Below, piece after piece: positions 13,040 to 19,865 of a DNA stretch of 19,865 bases; within the stretch, counting starts at the first letter, position 1; each line of letters starts with the position of its first letter. Source of the stretch: Deltaproteobacteria bacterium (GTDB taxonomy: Bacteria > Desulfobacterota > Desulfobacteria > Desulfobacterales > Magnetomoraceae); assembly GCA_002753725.1 (NCBI GenBank), contig PEAL01000065.1, forward strand, positions 1 through 19,865, read 5' to 3'. The position numbers and the translations under genes are program-made. The notes beneath the pieces were generated by a model, which saw nothing but the letters and a program-made list of their open reading frames with translations, was not told the origin of the DNA and did not search any database.

Positions 13040-15721
13040 TTAATTCAGTTGCCAATCTTTGATATTCTGTCCACCAAGAGCCATATGAGACCAATTTTTA
13101 ATGCGTGGTTTTATAAGGTAATGGTCGGTTTCATAGAAAATGGGGATTACAAGCGTCTCTCTTTGGGTCAGAATCTCATCGATCATTAAATAATAGTCTT
13201 TTCTTAAATGTAAATTTTTTTCTTTTATGGCTTTATTCAACACATCAGATAATTCTGTATTGATATAACTGTTCTGGCGGCTAAGCTTGTTATATGAATC
13301 AAACAAAAAACTATTGGCATCAGGAAAAGTCGCATACCAGTCAGAAATGAAAATATGAGCCTGTCTGGGATTGTATGAACCAGGTTCTGTAAGACCGATG
13401 ACAGTGGATTGAAGATTCAATCTTTTTTTAAGTAGTAATGAAATCGCTTTGGCAATTTGTTTATGGGAATCATGGATTCCTGAATCAATTAGAATTGCAG
13501 GGCATCCTTTTCCGCCAGGATAGCCCGCTTCGGCTAACATTTTCATGGCATGAGTGGGATGGTAAACAGGCCGTTTCTCCTGACTTGACAGCAATAATAA
13601 ATCAGGGGGTATAAACATTTTCATTGCCTTTTGTTGCCCATGAATGACGAACCTGGTAATAAATGAGCGATCAATAACAGACGCAATGGCTTTTCGTAAC
13701 AAAACATTATCCACAGGGGATTGATTCACATTGAAAAAAAGGCCGGTTGTAGAAAAATTGGTACGTTCTTGATAGTCATGTCGGGTTTCAGGTTGCTTTT
13801 TGACCGAATCAAGAAAACGCGATGGGATGTTTATAAAAGCCCCCCCAAGAATATCCAGTTGATTGTTTTGATACATATGCAAAGCAAGCAGGCTGTTCAT
13901 GATAACGTTATAACGCACTTCCTGAATGGCAACAGTTGAAGCATCATAATAGCGGTCATTTTTTCGTAAAATAATCAAAGAGCCTTTTTCATGACAAGCC
14001 AGTTGAAAGGGACCATTACTGACAATATGTTCAGGGGCTGTCCATTCAGCAGCCCATTTTTGAATCGTTGCCGAAGGCAGAGGGCTGAAAACAGGCAGTC
14101 CGGTGATTGAAGGAAAAAATGCAGCAGGATAGGACAGGATAAAATCAATGGTATAATCATCAATAACGTTGACCCCCAGTTTTGATGCATCTTTGATGAA
14201 TCCTAGATGAATGTCCTGGGCATTTTTGAGTATGAATAAGTGTTTTACATCCGGGCATTGGGTTTCAGGGGTCAAATTTCTAACTATTGCAAATCTCAGA
14301 TCGTGAGCTGTCACCGGCTGTCCGTTTGTCCAGAACACATTTTTTCGCAATTTAAACCGGTAACGATCTAAGGTTTCATTCGGTTCCCAACTCGTGGCAA
14401 AGTCCGGGGAAGACTGATAGGTGTCAGGATGGTATTGAGTCAGGCGTATAAACAATTGCTTTGATAATTCAGTTGTTATTTTATCATGGGCAAGCCCCGG
14501 GTCTAATCGTGAAACATCATTGTTACAAAACCTGTTTATATTGAAAGAATCGACCAGGTCAAAAAAATCATCCTGCTTTTTTTCTTTTCGATTAATAATG
14601 ACAAATTTTCCATCTTCATATTTTTTAAAAAATAAAGCGGATGGCCCGATATTTCCTTGTCGTGTCAGATGATATTGACTTAAAACACCATCCCAATGTT
14701 CCATGAATCTAAGAGTTGTATTTAAAACCATTGGTAAACATGAATTACTTTTTTCCATTGACGTTTTAAGCAAATGAATCAGATCATAACCCCGGGCAGC
14801 AAATGTTTCAGGCTCAACGCCAAAGGCTTGCGTAAAACTGGAAACAAAATCTTGTGTTAATTTTCTGGGAAGTGTGTTGTCAAAGTTGCTTGGGATGATG
14901 GTTCCTTCAGCTTTTTTTCCAGTATTACTCCAAAAATAGCGTGTGTCAATTTCATCGGTGGCCATAATTGGGGTATTGATATTCAACTCTCTCATCTGAT
15001 TTACCACCAATGCTGCGATGTTATCTCTGCATAATAATAAAACAATGTCAAAGGATTCATTTTTTAAATCACTTAAGATATCTCTGAAATTTGTTTCAGA
15101 TCGAGAAAAGGATTGTTGAGATACAATCGCAAGGCCTTTTTGTGTGGCCTCTTCATAAAAAATATCAGCAAGAATCTTACTGGTTTTCTGGCGGTCATTA
15201 AGGATAATAATGCGCTGATAGTGGTTTTGAGAGAAACATTCAGCAATTCTTCTAACATATACTTGATCTGGCATATAATTATTAAAAATATAGGCCCCGC
15301 CATAGCGTAATAAATCCGCCCCTGTAGAAAAAAATAATATGCCAGCTTCTTTGTATACGATTGATGCAGAAATAGCATTTTGAGGACTAAAATGTCCGAT
15401 AACAGCAAAAACATTTTTATTTTTAGCTAATTTTTCTGCAATGCGAATGGATGTTTTTTCATCATCATAATCATAAAACAAAAGCGGTCTGATCCTTTTC
15501 CCCATAACGCCGCCATCGCTGTTTATTTCATCCATAGCCAGTTTAACGCCATGAGCAAACTGTGTGGTAGCAGGGAATGCGTCCACAATTCCAATGAAAA
15601 GATCATCGGTTGATCGGGTCAAATGCTTCATGCGCTCTTCATTGGAAATAACCTTGTTACATGAAAAAAATGTAAGAAGGAGTACAATAAAAGCAAAATG
15701 TAAAACGATGATTGGTTTCAT
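13040..15721 (-). CDS. Probable lipoprotein fusing two solute-binding domains: N-terminal LivK-type PBP-I plus C-terminal family-5 (OppA/DppA/NikA-type) SBP, 893 aa
   Basis: - **Signal:** MKPIIVLHFAFIVLLLTFFSC (Cys21, an imperfect lipobox F-F-S-C).
- **aa ~40-378, PBP-I:** FIGIVDAFPATTQFAHGVKLAMDEINSDGGVMGKRIRPL, FAVIGHFSPQNA.
- **aa ~390-893, family-5 SBP pattern:** LDPGLAHDKITTELSKQLFIRL, SWEPNETLDRYRFKLRKNVFWTNGQPVTAHDLRFAI, VSNGPFQL, LRKNDRYYD.
- It ends 2 nt before the next gene's ATG. Confidence 0.88.
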   Translation of the reverse strand: MKPIIVLHFAFIVLLLTFFSCNKVISNEERMKHLTRSTDDLFIGIVDAFPATTQFAHGVKLAMDEINSDGGVMGKRIRPLLFYDYDDEKTSIRIAEKLAKNKNVFAVIGHFSPQNAISASIVYKEAGILFFSTGADLLRYGGAYIFNNYMPDQVYVRRIAECFSQNHYQRIIILNDRQKTSKILADIFYEEATQKGLAIVSQQSFSRSETNFRDILSDLKNESFDIVLLLCRDNIAALVVNQMRELNINTPIMATDEIDTRYFWSNTGKKAEGTIIPSNFDNTLPRKLTQDFVSSFTQAFGVEPETFAARGYDLIHLLKTSMEKSNSCLPMVLNTTLRFMEHWDGVLSQYHLTRQGNIGPSALFFKKYEDGKFVIINRKEKKQDDFFDLVDSFNINRFCNNDVSRLDPGLAHDKITTELSKQLFIRLTQYHPDTYQSSPDFATSWEPNETLDRYRFKLRKNVFWTNGQPVTAHDLRFAIVRNLTPETQCPDVKHLFILKNAQDIHLGFIKDASKLGVNVIDDYTIDFILSYPAAFFPSITGLPVFSPLPSATIQKWAAEWTAPEHIVSNGPFQLACHEKGSLIILRKNDRYYDASTVAIQEVRYNVIMNSLLALHMYQNNQLDILGGAFINIPSRFLDSVKKQPETRHDYQERTNFSTTGLFFNVNQSPVDNVLLRKAIASVIDRSFITRFVIHGQQKAMKMFIPPDLLLLSSQEKRPVYHPTHAMKMLAEAGYPGGKGCPAILIDSGIHDSHKQIAKAISLLLKKRLNLQSTVIGLTEPGSYNPRQAHIFISDWYATFPDANSFLFDSYNKLSRQNSYINTELSDVLNKAIKEKNLHLRKDYYLMIDEILTQRETLVIPIFYETDHYLIKPRIKNWSHMALGGQNIKDWQLN

Positions 15722-15746
15722 GAAATAATTCTATTGGCTGTGATGA

Positions 15747-16616
15747 TTAATTTTTATCACCATTTGTTTCTGTATTCAGAATTAAAGGCAATCCATTCTT
15801 GCCACTGCCAATAATAATAATTTTTGAATTTTGTGATTCTGCAAGTTTTTCAGTGGCTTTAATCCCTTGCCAATTGAGATATTGTTCTTTATTGAAAAGG
15901 GATGATGCAATGGTGTTCAAATGATCTCGGATACCTTCTGCTTCAATTCTTTTTCGGGTTGCTTCTTTTTTTTCTCGCTCAATAACATAAGTATGGGCTT
16001 CCGCCAGATGTTTTTGTTTGATTTTATTACGAATGGATTCGGCCACTTCTTCAGGAAGTATGATCCCCCGAACAAGAACATCATCAATATTGATATAGCG
16101 TTGAGCGACCTGTTCTATGGCTTTATTGATAGCCTCCACAATTAATTTTCTTCCCGTGGTGTAAACTTCTTCAGCATTCAATGTACCAATAATTTCACGA
16201 ATAACAGCTTCTATTTCAGGAATAATCACCTTATCCGCATACTCCATTCCCACTTGCTGATGTAATACACCAAGAAGTTTATATTCAGGCGCATAGCGAA
16301 TAGAGAGTTTAATATGAACTTGCAAACCATTTTTAGTGAGGACATCCATTTCCGGTTTAATTTCCTGGATACGAACATTATAGACGTACATTTTATCCCA
16401 GGGAAGAATTAAGTGAAGACCTTCTGAATAAACAGAAAGGATATCTGTTCCACCAAAAAAACGACTCCAAAACACCGCTGCTTCACCTGGATAAATATTG
16501 TATACAATCATATTAAACAGGAAAGCAAAGGTCAATAAAGCAATCAAAATGGTCAGAATGAGAGAAAAGGTATAATTTTTTAATTTGATAAAAAAGTTCT
16601 TGAACCTGTTTTTCAT
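15747..16616 (-). CDS. SPFH/Band-7 (prohibitin/HflC-like) membrane protein, 289 aa
   Basis: The start is chosen at M28 of the ORF-track frame (which opens on TTG), giving MKNRFKNFFIKLKNYTFSLILTILIALLTFAFLF, an N-terminal membrane anchor. SPFH core: PGEAAVFWSRFFGG...GLHLILPWDKMYVYNVRIQE...TKNGLQVHIKLSIRY. A charged coiled-coil follows: KQKHLAEAHTYVIEREKKEATRKRIEAEGI. It is the first gene of the minus-strand operon. Confidence 0.88.
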   Translation of the reverse strand: MKNRFKNFFIKLKNYTFSLILTILIALLTFAFLFNMIVYNIYPGEAAVFWSRFFGGTDILSVYSEGLHLILPWDKMYVYNVRIQEIKPEMDVLTKNGLQVHIKLSIRYAPEYKLLGVLHQQVGMEYADKVIIPEIEAVIREIIGTLNAEEVYTTGRKLIVEAINKAIEQVAQRYINIDDVLVRGIILPEEVAESIRNKIKQKHLAEAHTYVIEREKKEATRKRIEAEGIRDHLNTIASSLFNKEQYLNWQGIKATEKLAESQNSKIIIIGSGKNGLPLILNTETNGDKN

Positions 16617-16818
16617 GATAAATTTCTTTTCATGGATGATAATTAAACAGTAAAATGGGGTGGAAATCAATGATTGTATTGTTATTATGAACAGCAAATG
16701 ATAATAACTAAAAAAAAATGAAATGTCTATGAAAAAAAATGAAAGAAAGGGCAGCCATCACAAAGCATATGGCAACAAATCTATAAATCATTACATAAAT
16801 ATATAAAGATGTAGACCA
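16617..16818. promoter_or_regulatory. Divergent intergenic/promoter region between the minus-strand operon and the plus-strand FAD-protein gene
   Basis: A 202-bp AT-rich gap between divergently oriented start codons. Candidate sigma70-like promoter on the minus strand: -35 TTGATT (16670-16665), 17-nt spacer, -10 TTTAAT (16647-16642). A direct repeat aaaaaaaatgaaa occurs at 16711-16723 and 16732-16744, a 21-bp period. Motif-level guess only. Confidence 0.35.
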
Positions 16819-18198
16819 ATGAAAAATTCATACGATGTCATTATTGTAGGCGGCGGTCCTGCAGGACTGTTTTCTGCCTGGTATTTTAGTGAATATTCTG
16901 ATTTGCGGGTCTTGTTGATTGAACGTGGAAAAGCACCATTCAAGCGAAAATGTCCGGTGAGTGATAAACATCCCTGTGTTAAATGTAAACCCTGCAATAT
17001 TTTGTGCGGGATCGGTGGCGCCGGGCTGTTTTCAGATGGAAAACTTAATTATATTCATAAACTGGGGAAAACTGACCTGACACAATTTTTACCGGTTCAT
17101 CAGGCAATGGCACTGATCGATGAAACAGAAACCATTTTTAATCGATTTGGTATGGATGGCCCCATTTATCCCACCAATATGGATGAGGCCAAACGCATTC
17201 GAAAAGAGGCCAAAAAAAATGGCATTGATCTTTTGATTATCAAGCAAAAACACCTGGGTAGTGATTTGTTACCGCAATATATTTCAGGTATGGCAGATGC
17301 GGTTCAGGCAAAGGGAGTTCATTTTCATACAGAAGAAGCGGTTGAAGATATTATCGTTGAAAAAAATCATATTCAGGGTGTCGTTACCACCAAAGATACT
17401 TACCATGCACCCAATGTGATTCTTGCTCCTGGGCGTGTGGGTGCGGATTGGGTCACCCGTGTGGCACGAAAACATGGAATTGGACAAACCCATCGAGGTA
17501 TTGAAACCGGCATTCGGGTGGAAGTTCATAACGATATCATGCAGGATTTATGTGATATTATTTATGACCCAACTTTTTTTATTCAAACCCAAAAATATGA
17601 TGATCAAACACGAACCTTCTGTACCAACAAGGGAGGTTTTGTGACGCTTGAAAATTATAAGCATTTTGTATGTGTCAACGGCCATGCGTATCAAAATAAA
17701 AAGTCCAATAACACCAATTTTGCGTTTCTTTCAAAGGTCATTCTTACAGAACCGGTCACAGATAATCAGGCATATGGTGAAGCCATTGGCAATTTGGCCA
17801 CGCTGATTGGCGGAGGAAAACCGATTCTTCAACGGTTTGGCGATCTCAAAAGAGGGCGGCGAAGTACCTGGCAACGCATCAAAAAAGGATATATCGAACC
17901 GACCATGACCAATGTGGTCTGTGGTGATATTGCCATGGCACTTCCAGAACGTATTTTAACCAACCTCATTGAAGGGCTTGATAAATTAAACACGGTTATC
18001 CCCGGTGTTTCCAACGATGAAACCCTTTTGTATGCGCCTGAAATCAAATTTTTTGCCACCCAAATTGAAACCACAAGTCATCTGGAAACAAAAATCAAAG
18101 GCATGTATGTTGCTGGCGATGGTCCCGGTGTTGCAGGAAATATTGTTTCTGCCGCAGCCACAGGGATTATCCCTGCAAAAGCGATTCTTTCAATATAA
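16819..18198 (+). CDS. NAD(P)/FAD-dependent oxidoreductase, COG2509-like (uncharacterised FAD-dependent dehydrogenase family)
   Basis: N-terminal dinucleotide fold YDVIIVGGGPAGLFSA...LLIERG. A Cys cluster CPVSDKHPCVKCKPCNILCG is followed by IGGAGLFSDGKL. The C-terminus has MYVAGDGPGVAGNIVSAAATG. The product is 459 aa and the frame is clean. Confidence 0.85.
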   Translation: MKNSYDVIIVGGGPAGLFSAWYFSEYSDLRVLLIERGKAPFKRKCPVSDKHPCVKCKPCNILCGIGGAGLFSDGKLNYIHKLGKTDLTQFLPVHQAMALIDETETIFNRFGMDGPIYPTNMDEAKRIRKEAKKNGIDLLIIKQKHLGSDLLPQYISGMADAVQAKGVHFHTEEAVEDIIVEKNHIQGVVTTKDTYHAPNVILAPGRVGADWVTRVARKHGIGQTHRGIETGIRVEVHNDIMQDLCDIIYDPTFFIQTQKYDDQTRTFCTNKGGFVTLENYKHFVCVNGHAYQNKKSNNTNFAFLSKVILTEPVTDNQAYGEAIGNLATLIGGGKPILQRFGDLKRGRRSTWQRIKKGYIEPTMTNVVCGDIAMALPERILTNLIEGLDKLNTVIPGVSNDETLLYAPEIKFFATQIETTSHLETKIKGMYVAGDGPGVAGNIVSAAATGIIPAKAILSI

Positions 18199-18213
18199 AC
18201 AGGTTTTGTAACA

Positions 18214-19716
18214 ATGATTCTTCACATCTCAAAAGTATTTATTTTTTTTATTTATTGCATGGTTGGTTACCTACTGTTGATTGTTCCTGGCCTTTGCCAG
18301 GAAGAGCCGGGAGAAACAGCTTTTGATTTGGGGGTGTTTGCTTTTGAAGACAAGGATTTTGATTCCGCCGAAAGACATTTGTTAAAGGCACTGTCCTTAG
18401 CCCCTGATCAGCCCTTTTACTGCCTTTTTCTGGGCAAGGTTTACCTGGCCATCAATCAGCTTGATAAGGCTGAAAAATTTTTGACAAAAGCCTTTCAGCT
18501 AAATCCAATTATGAACGGCCTGAATTATGACCTGGCATACCTGACATTTAAGCAATCACGCTTTAGCGATGCGGCAGATCGTTTTTCAAAAATTGTCGAA
18601 AACGATCCCCTTACCCAAAATGTACTGGCTTGTTACTATGCCGGCATATCATTTTTTGAATGTAATCAATATGAAAAGGCCATTCAATATCTTATGCGTG
18701 CTGCCGAACGTAGCCCCACAATTAAACCCAACAGTATGTTTTACTGTGGTATCTGCTATTATAAACAACATCAAACCCAAAAGGCCGTTCAACATTTTGA
18801 ATATGTGTTGATGCATGCCCCCGCCGATGAATTAAAAGACCATGCAAAAAAATGGCTTATTGCCCTTCGGGCTCAAAAATCTCAGGAACAGCCCTTTGAT
18901 TGTTTAGTCAAACTCTCGGTTCAGGCAGATGATAATGTCATGATCGTTTCCCCTGACTGGATTACCGGAGACGAATCTGATGGTGTTATGCAATTTTATC
19001 TTGCGGGAAAATATTTTTTTACCCCAAAGGATCGCCATCGTTTGGGGGTCGGATTTCGGCATTATCAAACCGTTCATCAGGATCTTTCAGAATTTGACCT
19101 GATGGGAAATATCATTGATATTGCTTATTCATTCCAAATGCCTTTGATTACGCTGGGCCTGAAATACTCACCATCCGCTTACAGGCTCGATGGCAGACAA
19201 TATATAACACGACACCAGTGGAAAGGTCATGTATTGTGGAACGTTTCGGATAACCTGATGAATCGTTTTGCTTATTCCTGTTATATCCAAAATCATGATG
19301 AAAACAGTGAGCGGGATGGGCACACGCATGACATTTCAATGGATATGTATTATAGGCTTAAAAAACATAAAATGAAACTATTGGCAGGTTTTTCAGCAGA
19401 GGAAAACCATCGAAATGAAATGCGATATCAATATGAGGACTTAAAATTCACTCTGGGCCTGACCAAAAAACTTTTGTATACATTGACATTTCATAGTAAG
19501 CTGGGTATTTCTCACAGACGCCACGAGCAATGGGATGAATTGGGCTTTAAGCGAAAGGATAACAAATTTGAGTTTTCATGTACTATTTTAAAGCCGGTCT
19601 GGCAAAAAGGTATGGAAATAGGGTTTGATTACAGTTATACAAAAAATAATTCAATTTTAGACGCATACGATTATCGACGAAATATTTTTGGTATATCGTT
19701 TTTATATCATTATTAA
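18214..19716 (+). CDS. Outer-membrane protein: signal peptide, TPR domain and C-terminal beta-barrel. The architecture is Slam/DUF560 (type XI secretion)-like
   Basis: - **Signal:** MILHISKVFIFFIYCMVGYLLLIVPGLCQ.
- **aa ~35-218, TPR-type helical repeats:** AERHLLKALSLAPDQPFYCLFLGKVYLAINQLDKAEKFLTKAFQLNP, AADRFSKIVENDP, YEKAIQYLMRAAERSP, QKAVQHFEYVLMHAP.
- **aa ~229-500, barrel:** alternating-hydrophobic strand pattern starting LVKLSVQADDNV and ending in aromatic-rich YRRNIFGISFLYHY, an OMP-type C-terminal signature.
- The ~500-aa size and the TPR+barrel order match Slam proteins, but I cannot verify DUF560 membership by eye. Confidence 0.8.
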   Translation: MILHISKVFIFFIYCMVGYLLLIVPGLCQEEPGETAFDLGVFAFEDKDFDSAERHLLKALSLAPDQPFYCLFLGKVYLAINQLDKAEKFLTKAFQLNPIMNGLNYDLAYLTFKQSRFSDAADRFSKIVENDPLTQNVLACYYAGISFFECNQYEKAIQYLMRAAERSPTIKPNSMFYCGICYYKQHQTQKAVQHFEYVLMHAPADELKDHAKKWLIALRAQKSQEQPFDCLVKLSVQADDNVMIVSPDWITGDESDGVMQFYLAGKYFFTPKDRHRLGVGFRHYQTVHQDLSEFDLMGNIIDIAYSFQMPLITLGLKYSPSAYRLDGRQYITRHQWKGHVLWNVSDNLMNRFAYSCYIQNHDENSERDGHTHDISMDMYYRLKKHKMKLLAGFSAEENHRNEMRYQYEDLKFTLGLTKKLLYTLTFHSKLGISHRRHEQWDELGFKRKDNKFEFSCTILKPVWQKGMEIGFDYSYTKNNSILDAYDYRRNIFGISFLYHY

Positions 19717-19769
19717 AACATTCATTCTTTGGATAAATACTATGATTTCTTAAAAGGAGGAATAATAGA

Positions 19770-19865
19770 ATGAGAAAAATGATTTATTTTTCAATGATGA
19801 TTCTTTTTTTGGCATCTTTATGGATTATCCCATCATCCAGTAACGCTGTAAAAGGTGATTTTAAC
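19770..19865 (+). CDS. 5' end of a secreted or periplasmic protein (signal peptide only; truncated by the window edge)
   Basis: A strong SD AAAGGAGG (19753-19760) lies ~9 nt before the ATG at 19770. The visible product is MRKMIYFSMMILFLASLWIIPSSSNA/VKGDFN, with n-, h- and c-regions, an SPase-I-type S-N-A site and no lipobox Cys. The frame is open to the window end. Confidence 0.7.
   Translation, partial: MRKMIYFSMMILFLASLWIIPSSSNAVKGDFN

Noticed and set aside
13038-13094. N-terminal 19 codons of the 734-aa ORF-track frame
   Set aside because: They overlap the end of the dual-SBP gene. The ATG at 13037, 2 nt after that gene's stop, gives a K-K-rich n-region plus hydrophobic anchor matching paralogue A.
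8705-15721. Reading the three binding-protein genes as an ABC amino-acid/peptide importer locus
   Set aside because: No permease (LivHM/OppBC-type) or ATPase (Walker A/B, LSGGQ) ORF exists anywhere in the window. Two of the three binding domains are covalently fused to a 4-TM pLGIC-like module rather than standing alone.
9068-16145. Nested ORFs inside the binding-protein, channel and SPFH genes (9068..9268, 9629..9988, 13721..13939, 13975..14190, 15073..15414, 15113..15310, 15921..16145)
   Set aside because: They lie entirely within longer frames that have clear domain homology. Their translations look like antisense or off-frame noise.
16617-16697. TTG-initiated 27-codon extension of the SPFH ORF
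   Set aside because: It is a non-ATG start producing an odd hydrophobic leader. The ATG at 16616 gives a typical short basic N-terminus followed by a single TM anchor, as in SPFH proteins.
16791-16997. 68-aa minus-strand ORF spanning the FAD gene's start
   Set aside because: It is antisense to the well-supported GxGxxG-containing N-terminus of the FAD protein and has no recognisable features.
17284-19339. Nested ORFs in the FAD and TPR-barrel genes (17284..17529, 17423..17644, 17829..18074, 18005..18211, 18569..18811, 19148..19339), plus 1044..1277 in the second membrane-protein gene
   Set aside because: They overlap stronger, domain-bearing frames and are off-frame or antisense artefacts.
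1-19865. Mobile element, genomic island or defence island interpretation
   Set aside because: No integrase, transposase, tRNA attachment site, terminal inverted repeats or recognisable defence genes (nucleases, methylases, cas, toxin-antitoxin) were found on either strand.

Overview
AT-rich 19.9-kb chromosomal window from a diderm (Gram-negative-type) bacterium. I see no rRNA, tRNA, CRISPR array, transposase or integrase.

- **Left edge:** a cluster of small GC-rich REP-like hairpins, then two tandem paralogous 4-TM membrane proteins on the + strand.
- **Centre:** one ~15-kb minus-strand operon running 16616 -> 1634, with intergenic gaps of 25, 2, 31, 11 and 19 nt. In order it encodes:
  - an SPFH/band-7 protein;
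  - a lipoprotein fusing two unrelated solute-binding folds (LivK-type PBP-I plus OppA/DppA-type family-5 SBP);
  - two tandem paralogues in which a LivK/ANF-receptor-type PBP is fused to a Cys-loop-superfamily pentameric ligand-gated ion channel (pLGIC) module;
  - a 2295-aa lipobox-bearing giant protein (Pmp-like beta-helix, 20 tandem ~89-aa Ig-like repeats, C-terminal OmpA-like peptidoglycan-binding domain);
  - a 50-aa two-TM ORF that is absent from the ORF track.
- **Interpretation of the operon:** no ABC permease or ATPase accompanies the binding proteins. I therefore read it as a candidate, uncharacterised periplasmic ligand-sensing/ion-channel envelope system rather than a transporter.
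- **Right side (+ strand):** a COG2509-type FAD oxidoreductase, a TPR + beta-barrel outer-membrane protein with Slam/DUF560 (type XI secretion)-like architecture, and the 5' end of a signal-peptide protein that could be its cargo.

All functional calls are by-eye motif and architecture recognition and need HMM or structure confirmation.
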